Part shown: positions 30,924 to 44,340 of the stretch, piece after piece
Numbering within the stretch: the first letter of the stretch is position 1
Layout of the letters: each line of letters begins with the position of its first letter
NCBI GenBank assembly: GCA_036336695.1
Contig: JAYZFQ010000128.1
Span: forward strand, 6,962 to 70,961
Source of the DNA: Myxococcota bacterium
GTDB lineage: Bacteria > Myxococcota_A > UBA9160 > SMWR01
Reading direction: 5' to 3'
DNA length: 64,000 nt
The notes under the pieces: model-generated
What the model saw: only the letters and a program-made list of their open reading frames with translations
Told to the model about the DNA's origin: nothing
The model's database searches: none
Translations under genes and position numbers: made by a program

Positions 30924-30950
30924 GTCTGCGCCAGGGGCCTGGCAGAACGC

Positions 30951-31940
30951 ATGAACGCATCGAGCCGCGGATTTTCCGAGAACGACTACTCCAACTCGTT
31001 CTCGAGGATCCGCGGGAGCCTGCACGATTCCGCGGGGCAGCCGTATGCGGAGTTCGTCCGCTCCCTCGAACCCGATTACCGCCTGGCCTGGCGCGATGTC
31101 GCGGTGGGATACGCGGCGCTCGCCGCGACGCTCGTCGTCGTCTGGATGGCGGGCACCGGGCTGTTCGGCCTGATCATCGCGCTGCTGGGAGCGATCTCCG
31201 TCGGGTACTGGAGCGCGTACATCTACCTCTTCGTCCACGCCGCCGCGCACTACAACATGGCCGCCGACTCGTCGCAAAACGACCGCCTGACCAATCTCTT
31301 CGTCTGCTGGCTCTCGGGTACGGAAGTCAAGTCCTGGCGACGCGTGCACCTCGAACACCACCGGGCGCTCGGCGCTACGGACGATTCGGAGAGCAGCTAC
31401 TTCGAGGCGCCGACGGCGGGTTTCATCCTCAAGACGCTCACCGGCCTGTACGCCCTGGAGGTCATGCTCAAGCGCAGGCGTCGATTGCAGTCCCTGCGCA
31501 AGACGGAGAGTTCCTTCCTGCCGCTCCTCTACGCATCGAGCCTGCACGGCCTGCTGGTGCTGGCGTTCCTGCTGGCCGGCGCCTGGCCCGTCGCCCTGGC
31601 CTGGGTGCTCGGCGTCGGGTCCTGCTTTCCCTTCTTCAGTGCGGTGCGCCAGATGCTCGAGCACCGGCGCCTCGACGCCGACCCGAGCGTCGACTACGAC
31701 CGGGAGCCCCACGGCGCCCTGACCCGGATGTTCGGCGACGACCTGTTTTCCAGGACGCTCGGCGGTGCCGGTCTCAATCGCCACCTGCTGCACCACTGGG
31801 AACCTCAGGCTTCCTACACGGTGCTCCCCGACCTGGAGTCCTTTCTGCTGAAGACCGAAGTTGCCCCCGTGATCGAATCGCGGCGCAGCGACTACCTCGC
31901 CCTCTTCCGGTACTTCTTCTTCTCCAGACCGGCGGCTTGA
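30951..31940 (+). CDS. membrane fatty acid desaturase family protein
   Basis: Three histidine boxes are present: HAAAHY, HLEHHRALG and HLLHHWEP. Confidence 0.82.
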   Translation: MNASSRGFSENDYSNSFSRIRGSLHDSAGQPYAEFVRSLEPDYRLAWRDVAVGYAALAATLVVVWMAGTGLFGLIIALLGAISVGYWSAYIYLFVHAAAHYNMAADSSQNDRLTNLFVCWLSGTEVKSWRRVHLEHHRALGATDDSESSYFEAPTAGFILKTLTGLYALEVMLKRRRRLQSLRKTESSFLPLLYASSLHGLLVLAFLLAGAWPVALAWVLGVGSCFPFFSAVRQMLEHRRLDADPSVDYDREPHGALTRMFGDDLFSRTLGGAGLNRHLLHHWEPQASYTVLPDLESFLLKTEVAPVIESRRSDYLALFRYFFFSRPAA

Positions 31941-31956
31941 GCCTGGCCGGCGGCCG

Positions 31957-32652
31957 CTAGGGCGCGGGTTCGCCCGAGCCGACGAGGCTGCGCAGCCGCC
32001 TGCGAAAGCCGGGGTGAGCCAGGGGCACGACGCCCGAGAGCACCAGCAGGGTGGTGGCGATCCAGAAATCCGGCGACGTCACGTCCAACAAGTTCGCGCC
32101 CAGGTACGAGTAGAGACCGGCGCGAACCAGCGCCGCCGGGCCCACGCTCAACAAAAACATGGGGGCCGTAATGCCCGTGACTCCCGCGGCGAAGTAGAAC
32201 GGTGTGAGCACCCCCCACGGGTGGGCCGTCGTGATCGCGAGAAACGGCGGACCCGCGGTGCGCGCGCGAAGCTCGAACTGGGGCCACCGCGCGTGGATCC
32301 GGGGCAGCACCCAGTCCCGCCCCATGAACCGCGCGATGCCGTACAGCACGCAGGCGTTGAGAGCGATGCCCACGCCGCCGAACACGGTGCCGAGCCCCGC
32401 GCCGAACAGCAGGCCCGCCGAGGTCAAGACCAGGACCGAGGGCAGCGCAAACAGCTGGCGCACGCAGACGAGGGCCAGGAAGATGACCGGCGCCCAGAGC
32501 CCGAACCCGGCCACCGTGGACTGGATCGACGCGGCGGACCACTCGATCCCGAGCGACCGGCGCAGGAAATGGGTCGCCGCCAGGGCAAGGACGACCGCAG
32601 CGGCGATCCCGACGCTCCGCAGCCAGAGCCGGCGCCGGGGCGGCGGCGTCAA
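31957..32652 (-). CDS. TVP38/TMEM64 (DedA-related) family membrane protein
   Basis: 231-aa polytopic ORF with the typical LPSVLVLTSAGLLFG core. Its start overlaps the upstream stop (ATGA). Confidence 0.8.
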   Translation of the reverse strand: MTPPPRRRLWLRSVGIAAAVVLALAATHFLRRSLGIEWSAASIQSTVAGFGLWAPVIFLALVCVRQLFALPSVLVLTSAGLLFGAGLGTVFGGVGIALNACVLYGIARFMGRDWVLPRIHARWPQFELRARTAGPPFLAITTAHPWGVLTPFYFAAGVTGITAPMFLLSVGPAALVRAGLYSYLGANLLDVTSPDFWIATTLLVLSGVVPLAHPGFRRRLRSLVGSGEPAP

Positions 32653-33614
32653 GGCGTCTCGTCGGAGGCTTTCTCCGTCCCGGTCAGGTGCCGGAGGCCC
32701 CCGAGAACGCCTCCCTCGGCCTTGCCCAACGCATCACCAACACCCTTCACGGCCTCTTCGCTCTTTTCCGTGGTGCCTCCCACGAAGTCGCGCACACCCC
32801 CGACGGCGTAGCTGCCGGCGCCGCGGACCTTGTCGCCCGCTTCCTCCCCGGCGATCCCCCCGACGACACCGGACGTGACGTCGACCAGCGCCGTACCCGC
32901 GCCCTTCACCACCACGCCGGTCACGGCTCCGACCCCGCTGAGACCGACTTCGAGCCCATCTCGCACCGCGCCGGGCAGGTTCACCCCGTAGCGGGCGATG
33001 GAAGCCAGGAGCGCCTTGGTGAAGATGCCCGTGATCTCGGCCATCGTGACGCCGCGCCCGTCTTTCGCCCCGAGATCGCGAAACTCGATCTCCGGAATCA
33101 CGACGTTCAACGCGGTCTTGTCGGCGGCAACCTTCGACCACTCGACCCGCGCCGTCACATTCTTGATTTCTACGAGGCGCACCACGTAGCGCTGCTGCGA
33201 GTCATCGCGCTGGGTGTCGTCCGAGGCCTCGAACTGCTTCACGTTCTCGAGGATCTGCCCGTAGTTCGTCCGGTGCTTTTCGCGGTCGAGCGAAACGTCC
33301 ACGTCCTCCATGGAAATCCGGGGCACTTCGACGACGTCGTCCTCGAGGGTCCCCAGGTCCGCCACGATCGCACCGCTTCCGATCCGGAGGAAGCGGCTCG
33401 AATCGAAGCCCGGTGGATTCGCGATGTCCAGACCGTTCAGCCGAAGCTTGCCGTCCAAGGGGCTGATCCGGACGAAATCCACCTGGACGTCCACGCCCAG
33501 CGCGGCCGAACCGCCGCGCTGGATTGCCCCGCCGACGATCTCGTCCACGTAGATCCAGACCCCGGCGAGCGCAATGCAGAAGACGGCCGCAACACCGATC
33601 AGTACCTTTTTCAT
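32649..33614 (-). CDS. membrane-anchored hypothetical protein with glycine-rich C-terminal region
   Basis: MKKVLIGVAAVFCIALAGVWIY forms the anchor. The C-terminal 100 or so aa are Gly/Val/Ala-rich (GVGAVTGVVVKGAGTALVDVTSGVVGGIAG...). Confidence 0.65.
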   Translation of the reverse strand: MKKVLIGVAAVFCIALAGVWIYVDEIVGGAIQRGGSAALGVDVQVDFVRISPLDGKLRLNGLDIANPPGFDSSRFLRIGSGAIVADLGTLEDDVVEVPRISMEDVDVSLDREKHRTNYGQILENVKQFEASDDTQRDDSQQRYVVRLVEIKNVTARVEWSKVAADKTALNVVIPEIEFRDLGAKDGRGVTMAEITGIFTKALLASIARYGVNLPGAVRDGLEVGLSGVGAVTGVVVKGAGTALVDVTSGVVGGIAGEEAGDKVRGAGSYAVGGVRDFVGGTTEKSEEAVKGVGDALGKAEGGVLGGLRHLTGTEKASDETP

Positions 33615-33734
33615 CGGGATCCCCACATCGAGTCGCGCATTCTAACCGAACTTCGGCCCGCCCCCCGGAGGGAGGGCCGGAATCGGCGGTCTGCGGTAAA
33701 GGTATGGACACGGCGCCCCGATCCGAAAGAACTC

Positions 33735-35720
33735 ATGTCCTCGTCTCGTCTACAGAAATTCCTGGGTCTCCTGCTGGCCGGCGGCGTGGTCATGGGAACG
33801 ACCCCCGCCGGTGCCACCCTGAGTTGCGGCGCCACGCCCGAGTTCATCCGGCTCCTGCTCCGGGGGCACGTCCGCCACAACGCCCGGACCGCCGAGATCG
33901 AGCAACGGGCCGTGGACAACTACCTCCTCCGGCTCGACCGGACCCGGACCCTTCTCACCCAACCCGAGGTCGACGCCTTGAAGACGTCCCTCGCGGGCAT
34001 CTTCGCCGACATCGAAAAGGGCCGTTGCAGCCGCATCACCAATGTCCACAAGAGCGTCCTGCGCAAGCACGAAGCCGCTGCGAAATTCGTGCGCGCCACG
34101 CTGGAGGCCGACGGCTACGCGATCGACGCAACCGCGAGCCTCACCCTCGACCCGGAAACCCGCGGTTACGCGGCGGATCCCGAGACCCGGGACGCCGTGA
34201 TGGTGGGCATGATCCACTTCCAGATGTCCAACTACCTGAGCGATGACACCGAGTTGGACGAAGCGAAGAAGAAGCTCATCCGGCGCTACGAGCGACGACT
34301 CAAGCGTGAACTCGATATTCCGCCCGACGAAATCTACGAGGTCTTCCTCGACTCCTTCGCCTCGGCCCTGGATCCCCACACGAACTACCTCTCCCAGCGC
34401 GTACTGGAAGACTTCCGCATCGGGATGTCCCTCTCCCTCGAAGGCATCGGCGTCGCCCTCTCCGAACAGGACGGCTACGCCGTAGCCGAACGGATCATCC
34501 CGGGCGGTGCCGCGGACCGCAACGGCAAGCTGAAACCCAAGGACAAACTCATCGCCGTCTCGCAGGACGGGAAGGACTTCACCGACCTGATCGACATGCC
34601 CCTGCGCGACGCCGTCAGCCAGATCCGCGGCAAGGCCGGGACCAGCGTCTGGCTCACCGTCCTGCGCAACGAGGGCGGCACCTCGGAGAAATTCGAGGTC
34701 GAAATCATCCGGGACAAGATCGACCTGACGGAACAGGCGGCGAACCTTCGCTTCGAAGAAACCGAAGTCGACGGCAAGAAGTTCAAGCTCGCGGTCCTGG
34801 AACTCCCGTCCTTCTACGGCGACGCCAACCCGGGCGAGCGCCAGAGCACCGACGACGTAAAACGGCTCCTCGGCGAGGTGAACGAAGCCCAGGCGGACGG
34901 TCTGCTCCTCGACCTCTCGCGGAACGGCGGAGGCCTGCTGCAACACGCCGTCGAGATTTCCGGCTACTTCATCCGGCTCGGAGAGGTCGTCGGTATCCAG
35001 GATGCGCGGGGACGTCGGCAGATCCTCGCGGACCGGGACGGCAATGTCCTGTACAGCGGCCCCATGGTGGTGCACACCTCCAGGGTGAGCGCGTCCGCCT
35101 CGGAAATTCTCGCGGGAGCGCTCAAGGACTACGGACGTGCCGTGATCGTCGGCGACGACCACACCTTCGGAAAGGGCACGGTGCAAACCATCTCCCAGCT
35201 TCCCGGCGACAACGGCGCGCTGAAGGTAACAACCGCCCTCTTCTTCCGGCCGGGCGGGCAATCCACCCAGCACTCCGGAGTTCGTGCCGACGTGGTGCTG
35301 CCCTCTCTGCTCTCGAGCGACGACTACGGAGAAAAGACCCAGCGTTATTCGCTACCGCCCCAGACCACGACCCCCTTCCTCGGCAAGCGCGCCAACGTGG
35401 CCGACGGTGCCGGCCACTGGGATCCCGTCCCGAACGAAGTCGTCACGCTGCTGGTGGAACGCTCGGCAAGCCGCATCGCGGGAAACGAGGAGTTCGAAGA
35501 AATCCAGGAGCGCCTCGAGGAACAGCGGAAGAACGCCGGCGTGATCGAACTCGCCGAACTCATGAAGCGGCGGGAAGAAGCAGAGGCCAAGGAGGCGGCC
35601 GACCCGGACGAAGAAGAGGACACGCCCCAGCTCGAAGAGGCGCTCCGGGTGCTCACCGACCTCGTCGGGATCTCGGCCCAGCGGGCCGCAAAGCGACCGG
35701 AACCTCGTCCCGAGTCATGA
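33735..35720 (+). CDS. prc: S41-family carboxy-terminal (tail-specific) processing protease
   Basis: Has a signal peptide and a PDZ-like segment. The catalytic Ser is in SRVSASASEILAGAL and the catalytic Lys is in HTFGKGTVQ. Confidence 0.88.
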   Translation: MSSSRLQKFLGLLLAGGVVMGTTPAGATLSCGATPEFIRLLLRGHVRHNARTAEIEQRAVDNYLLRLDRTRTLLTQPEVDALKTSLAGIFADIEKGRCSRITNVHKSVLRKHEAAAKFVRATLEADGYAIDATASLTLDPETRGYAADPETRDAVMVGMIHFQMSNYLSDDTELDEAKKKLIRRYERRLKRELDIPPDEIYEVFLDSFASALDPHTNYLSQRVLEDFRIGMSLSLEGIGVALSEQDGYAVAERIIPGGAADRNGKLKPKDKLIAVSQDGKDFTDLIDMPLRDAVSQIRGKAGTSVWLTVLRNEGGTSEKFEVEIIRDKIDLTEQAANLRFEETEVDGKKFKLAVLELPSFYGDANPGERQSTDDVKRLLGEVNEAQADGLLLDLSRNGGGLLQHAVEISGYFIRLGEVVGIQDARGRRQILADRDGNVLYSGPMVVHTSRVSASASEILAGALKDYGRAVIVGDDHTFGKGTVQTISQLPGDNGALKVTTALFFRPGGQSTQHSGVRADVVLPSLLSSDDYGEKTQRYSLPPQTTTPFLGKRANVADGAGHWDPVPNEVVTLLVERSASRIAGNEEFEEIQERLEEQRKNAGVIELAELMKRREEAEAKEAADPDEEEDTPQLEEALRVLTDLVGISAQRAAKRPEPRPES

Positions 35721-36573
35721 GCCGTCCGGTCGCGCCAGGCGCCGTGCAATTGCGCGCCGCCGCGCGCGCGCCGAGCTCCAGGCAAGCGGCAAAGTCGAGT
35801 CCCCACACGAGGCCCGCGGCGACGGCGCCGTGGAACGCGTCCCCCGCCCCCGTCGTGTCGACCACCCGGGCGCGGCGCGCGGCGACGCGCCGGAAGCGCC
35901 GACCCGCCAGGGTGAGTCCACCCCTGGAGCCGAGCGTCACGACCGGCTGGCCCCGGGTCGCTTCGGCCAGGGCCCGCAGCGCCTCGCGCGGGTTCGCGTA
36001 GCCGCTGGCCGCGACGAATTCTTCGGACACGATTGCGTGGTCCACGTGGGGGAGAAGCCGCGCAATGCGCGGCGTCATCCGGTGGAAGTCGCCGACGACC
36101 CGCGCACCCGCCGCCCGGGCGCGCCGGACCGCACGCAGGGCCTCGGCCGGGAAGTGCCCGTCGACCATCAGCACCCGGCAGCGGTCGACCTCGTCGAGGT
36201 CGAACGCGGGGGAGCGCGCCTCGAGGCCCCGCCGGTCGGGAACCACGAACCGCCGCTCGCCCGTCCGCCGGTCGACGAGGACAACCGCAACCGTGGTCTC
36301 GAGCCGCTCGGAGTGAAGGAGTCCCCGGGTTCCGACGCCCGCCGCTTCCAGTTCCGAGCGGACGAAGCGCCCTTCAGCGTCGTCTCCCAGCCCCGAAAGC
36401 ACGTGGGCTTTGCAGCCCAGGGCCGCAACCTGGCGGATCGCGTTACCGACCATGCCCCCAGCGAACACGCGACGCTCCCGGTAGCGCATGCGTTCCGGGC
36501 TGCCCGCCAGATCGTCCACGAGATAGCAGTGATCGACGACACAGAGCCCCAGGCCCACGACACTCGAAGCCAA
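35653..36573 (-). CDS. PfkB-family carbohydrate/nucleoside kinase
   Basis: DTTGAGDAF motif. The TTG start is preceded by GGAGGG. Confidence 0.82.
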   Translation of the reverse strand: MASSVVGLGLCVVDHCYLVDDLAGSPERMRYRERRVFAGGMVGNAIRQVAALGCKAHVLSGLGDDAEGRFVRSELEAAGVGTRGLLHSERLETTVAVVLVDRRTGERRFVVPDRRGLEARSPAFDLDEVDRCRVLMVDGHFPAEALRAVRRARAAGARVVGDFHRMTPRIARLLPHVDHAIVSEEFVAASGYANPREALRALAEATRGQPVVTLGSRGGLTLAGRRFRRVAARRARVVDTTGAGDAFHGAVAAGLVWGLDFAACLELGARAAARNCTAPGATGRLMTRDEVPVALRPAGPRSRRGR

Positions 36574-36672
36574 GATTCCCTCCGGGGCAGGCCACCGGCT
36601 GCCACGCGCGGCGATCCGCTAGGCTTGTCCAGCCTCCCAACAACCGCCAGTCCAGCGATTCCCGGAGACTCC

Positions 36673-38052
36673 GTGACGGTACTGCTCCTCGCTTCCGCGG
36701 GCGCGCTGTTGGCAGCCGCCCTCCTTGCCGCGAGAGTCGCCGCCCGCTCCGGAGAGGCCCGGGTCTACCTGCTCACCGCCGTCTTCCTGCTGCTCGCCGC
36801 CGGCCAGGGCGTCGCGCTCTTCGACCTCGCTGGACACCCCTTGGGACTCGACCTGCCCACGGCCGGCGCCGCTGCCGCGCTGGCCGCCGGGCTCCTGGGC
36901 TGCGTGGCCGTGGTGGGCATCGCGCGCACGCTCCGCGAGTTGCACCACGCCGAAGAACTGCACTGGGAAAGCATGGAAAGCGTCCGCGGCCTTTCCGAGT
37001 TCGCCGCGCGCCGGGGCAAGGCCCTGGAAGAGCGCTTGCCCCACCTGCTCGAAGACGCCTGCCAGCGCTTCGGTCTCGAAATCGGGTTCGTGTCCCGGGT
37101 TGTCGGCACCCGCTACGAGATCGTCGCGATCCATGCGCCGCCCGACTTCCCGGTTGCTTCGGGCGCGGTCTATGCGCTCGAAAGAACACCGTGCCGGGAA
37201 ACGCTCGCGTCGGAGCGGCCCGTTGCCCGAGCCGAAGACCCGAGTCTCGCTTCGAGCGAGATCGATGCCGACCTCCGCTTCGGCACCTACCTCGCCTCCG
37301 CCATTCGCGTTGCGGGGGAAAACTTCGGAACCCTCGTCTTCGCGAAGAACGGACCAGCGAACACCCGTCTCACCGCGACACACAAGGACCTCGTCCACCT
37401 GATGGCCCAGTGGCTGGGGTGGGAGTTCGAGGAACTGGCGCGCCCGGACGAGGAGCCCACCCGCCTCCGCCCCCACCGGGAGGGCAAACTGCGCGTGGAC
37501 ACCCTCCTCCGGCGAGCGGCACGCCGTGCCCGGCGCAGCCTCCCGAAGGGGGTCCGGATCGAAACGGACCCCGGACCCGCGCACCTGCCGACACCCCGCG
37601 AAGCGCGCCTCCCCCTCGATGCGATCCTGGCGAGCCTCGTCCACCGGACAGCCCAGGCCATTGCCGGGGGCGGGGTCGTCCGGGTCGCCGCCGGCGTGCA
37701 CGAACCCCCGAGCGTCGCCCCGGACCTGCTCCCGGGCGTCGCACCCGCACGGTACGTGACGCTCACGGTCAGCGAATCGAGCGGCGCCCTCGACCCGGAC
37801 GCGATCGCCCGGGGCTTCACCGCCGAAACCCCCGCCGATATGGGAGCGGAGCCGGCGGGAGGTGAATTCCTGCCCCTTCCTGCGGTCTACCGGATGCTTC
37901 AACGGGCCGGCGGCGACCTCTCCGTCGAGGTCGAGCCAGGGCGCGGTTCACGCTTCACGATCTTCCTCCCCCTGGGCCAGGACGCCGAGAGACCGGCCCC
38001 ACGCCGGCCTGCGGCAACCGAACCCGCCCCCCCCATGGCGCAACCGAGGTGA
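36673..38052 (+). CDS. membrane GAF-domain sensor with degenerate HATPase_c-like C-terminal domain
   Basis: Three N-terminal transmembrane helices, then a GAF-like core (GFVSRVVGTRYEIVAIH...AGENFGTLVFA). The C-terminus is GGDLSVEVEPGRGSRFTIFLPL. No H-box was recognised. Confidence 0.65.
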   Translation: MTVLLLASAGALLAAALLAARVAARSGEARVYLLTAVFLLLAAGQGVALFDLAGHPLGLDLPTAGAAAALAAGLLGCVAVVGIARTLRELHHAEELHWESMESVRGLSEFAARRGKALEERLPHLLEDACQRFGLEIGFVSRVVGTRYEIVAIHAPPDFPVASGAVYALERTPCRETLASERPVARAEDPSLASSEIDADLRFGTYLASAIRVAGENFGTLVFAKNGPANTRLTATHKDLVHLMAQWLGWEFEELARPDEEPTRLRPHREGKLRVDTLLRRAARRARRSLPKGVRIETDPGPAHLPTPREARLPLDAILASLVHRTAQAIAGGGVVRVAAGVHEPPSVAPDLLPGVAPARYVTLTVSESSGALDPDAIARGFTAETPADMGAEPAGGEFLPLPAVYRMLQRAGGDLSVEVEPGRGSRFTIFLPLGQDAERPAPRRPAATEPAPPMAQPR

Positions 38053-38056
38053 CTCC

Positions 38057-38848
38057 GTGACAGACCGCCTGCTCATCGATGTCGAGAACGGCATCGCCGA
38101 CGTCCGGCTCAACCGTCCCGAAAAGCTGAACGCCCTGGACCCCGAAGCCTTCCGCGCGCTGGCAGAGGCCGGCAGTCGCCTGGCCGAGGACCGCTCGCTT
38201 CGCGCCGTCGTCCTGTCCGGCGAGGGACGCGGCTTCTCCGCGGGCATCGATGTCTCGAATTTCGCGGGCGGGGGGGTCGGCTTCGACCCCTTCGCGCGGG
38301 ACGCCTCGAGCCCTGCCAATGCCGTGCAACGCTCCGCTTGGGTCTGGAAGCAGCTCCCGGTCCCGGTGATCGCGGCCGTCCACGGCGTGTGCTTCGGGGC
38401 CGGCATCCAACTCGCCCTCGCCGCGGACGTCCGCTTCGCAACGCCCGACGCACGCTTGTCCGTGATGGAGATCAAGTGGGGCCTCGTCCCCGACGTCACC
38501 CTGAGCCAGACCCTGCCCCCCCTGGTCGGGATCGACGTGGCCAAGGAACTCACCTTCACGGGACGCACGGTTTCCGGCGTCGAGGCGGCGGAACTCGGGC
38601 TCGTCACACACCTCTCGGACACGCCCCGCGACGCCGCCCGGGCCCTGGCCGAGGAAATCGCCGGCAAGTCGCCCAGCGCGGTGCGCGCGGCGAAGCAGCT
38701 CTTCGAGGCCTTGCCGGATCTTTCCGTTGCGCAGGGACTCCGCCTGGAGGAAGGCCTTCAGCGCTCGCTCCTGGGGAAGCCGAACCAGCGCGAAGCCGTC
38801 CAGGCGAACCTCGAGAAGCGGGCGCCCCGGTTCTCGGATCCCGACTGA
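38057..38848 (+). CDS. enoyl-CoA hydratase/isomerase (crotonase) family protein
   Basis: VRLNRPEKLNAL, GEGRGFSAGID, CFGAGIQLALAAD. The GTG start is preceded by GAGGTG and lies 4 nt after the sensor stop. Confidence 0.88.
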   Translation: MTDRLLIDVENGIADVRLNRPEKLNALDPEAFRALAEAGSRLAEDRSLRAVVLSGEGRGFSAGIDVSNFAGGGVGFDPFARDASSPANAVQRSAWVWKQLPVPVIAAVHGVCFGAGIQLALAADVRFATPDARLSVMEIKWGLVPDVTLSQTLPPLVGIDVAKELTFTGRTVSGVEAAELGLVTHLSDTPRDAARALAEEIAGKSPSAVRAAKQLFEALPDLSVAQGLRLEEGLQRSLLGKPNQREAVQANLEKRAPRFSDPD

Positions 38849-38938
38849 GGCCGGCTCCGCGGCCCTCGGGTCCGCCCAGGAGCGGCACCGACCCCGGGGC
38901 CAGTATCCTGCGCGCCGCGTCCACCCCCGAGGAGCCCC

Positions 38939-39877
38939 GTGCGCAAGGAAACCGGCTCTGCTTCCCACGGCGCCCTCTTCGCCCTGGCGGCGTACGGCAT
39001 CTGGGGCATCGCTCCGCTGTACTGGAAGGCCCTCGCCGTCGTTCCCGCCAGCGAACTCCTCGCCTGGCGGGTCCTGACCTCGTGCGTGGTGGGACTCGTG
39101 CTGGTGGGTGCCACGGGAGCATGGCCTGCGCTCCGGGCCGACCTCGGATCGCCCCGGCGCTGCGCGCTCCTGGCCCTCACCGCGACGCTGATCGGCGCCA
39201 ACTGGCTCGTCTTCATCTGGGCAGTCCTTCACGGCCAGGTGCTGGCGACCTCACTCGGCTACTACATCACGCCGCTCGTGAACGTGGCCCTCGGCATGAC
39301 CTTCCTGCGCGAGCGCCTGCGCTTCGGCCAGGCGGTCGCCGTACTCCTCGCCGTGGTCGGCGTGGGGCAGCTCGCCCTTTCGTTCACGACCGTCACCTGG
39401 GTTTCCCTGTTCCTCGCCTTCACGTTCGCCTTCTACGGAATGATCCGGAAAGTCGCCCCGGTGGAACCGGTGGTGGGATTCAGCATCGAAACCCTGCTGC
39501 TCGCCCCGGCCGCCGCGACCTACCTCGTCCTCCTGTCGGGACCCGGCCGCGTGGCCAGCTACGCCGAGGATGCCTGGATCCCCGTACTGCTCGGGGCAGC
39601 GGGAATCTTCACGGCGGCGCCGCTGATCTGCTTCAACGCTGCCGCACGTCGGCTGCGCCTCGTCACGCTGGGCTTCTTCCAGTACATCGCCCCGAGCCTG
39701 AGCCTCGTGCTGGCCATTACCTGGTTCGGAGAACCTTTCCGCATCCGCGAGGGCATTGCCTTCGGGTGCGTCTGGATCGCCCTCGCGATCTACTCGGTCG
39801 ATTCGCTGCGCGCCCGCGCGGCCTCGCCACCTCCCCCCTCGATCTCCACGCCGAGATCCCCGAGTATCCGCCCGTGA
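38939..39877 (+). CDS. rarD: EamA-family transporter RarD
   Basis: GALFALAAYGIWGIAPLYWK at the N-terminus. Ten hydrophobic segments. Confidence 0.82.
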   Translation: MRKETGSASHGALFALAAYGIWGIAPLYWKALAVVPASELLAWRVLTSCVVGLVLVGATGAWPALRADLGSPRRCALLALTATLIGANWLVFIWAVLHGQVLATSLGYYITPLVNVALGMTFLRERLRFGQAVAVLLAVVGVGQLALSFTTVTWVSLFLAFTFAFYGMIRKVAPVEPVVGFSIETLLLAPAAATYLVLLSGPGRVASYAEDAWIPVLLGAAGIFTAAPLICFNAAARRLRLVTLGFFQYIAPSLSLVLAITWFGEPFRIREGIAFGCVWIALAIYSVDSLRARAASPPPPSISTPRSPSIRP

Positions 39878-40506
39878 AACCGATCACCGCAGTGATCTTC
39901 GACCTGGGCGGGGTCGTCCTGGGTTCGCCGCTCCACGCCATCGCCGCCTACGAGCGCGACCTCGGCATCCCCGACGGCTTCGTGAACCGGGTGGTCGTCG
40001 ACACCGCGCCGTCGGGCGCCTGGTCGCGTCTCGAGCGCGGCGAGCTGACCCTCGCGGCCTTCTACCCGGCCTTCGAGGCCGACTGCGCCGCAGCCGGCCA
40101 GGAGCTTTCGGCCCGGGAAATGATGGCGCGCATGCAGACCGCCTCCCTGCCGCGTCCCCGCATGCTCGCCGCCATCGATGCGATTCGAGGGCGCGGGATC
40201 AAGACCGCAGCGCTCACGAACAACTGGGCTTCCGAAGACCCCGAGGCCGGGACGGGCGCGCTCCGAAAACACTTCGACGTTTTCATCGAGTCGAGTGTCG
40301 TCGGGCTGCGCAAGCCCGATCCCCGCATCTACGAGCTGGCGTGCAGCGAGCTCGGCGTCGCCCCCGGCCAGGCCGTCTTTCTCGACGACATCGGCAGCAA
40401 CCTCAAGACCGCCCGCGCCCTGGGCATGCAGACCCTCAAGGTCACCGATGCCGACGCCGCCCTGGCGGAACTCGAGGCAATCCTGGGGTTTCCCCTCGGG
40501 GATTAA
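39874..40506 (+). CDS. HAD-superfamily hydrolase (epoxide-hydrolase N-terminal-like phosphatase)
   Basis: AVIFDLGGVV, ALTNN, GLRKPD, FLDDIGSNL. The GTG start overlaps the rarD stop (GTGA). Confidence 0.82.
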   Translation: MKPITAVIFDLGGVVLGSPLHAIAAYERDLGIPDGFVNRVVVDTAPSGAWSRLERGELTLAAFYPAFEADCAAAGQELSAREMMARMQTASLPRPRMLAAIDAIRGRGIKTAALTNNWASEDPEAGTGALRKHFDVFIESSVVGLRKPDPRIYELACSELGVAPGQAVFLDDIGSNLKTARALGMQTLKVTDADAALAELEAILGFPLGD

Positions 40507-40565
40507 TCAATCTTCTTATTGGGATAACCTGATTAAAAGGCTATCCTGCGTCCCACCGCCTGCCG

Positions 40566-44270
<3,705 letters not shown>

Positions 44271-44340
44271 TTCTCCGGAACCCGAGCGCGGACGAGCCGC
44301 CCGTCTCCTGCTAGCTTCGCCCCGTTTCCAGGGGGGATCC

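Noticed and set aside
38849-38938. Small hairpin GGCCG-GCTCCG-CGGCC after the enoyl-CoA hydratase stop as a terminator
   Set aside because: The stem is only 5 bp and there is no U-tract, so it cannot be distinguished from background in GC-rich sequence.
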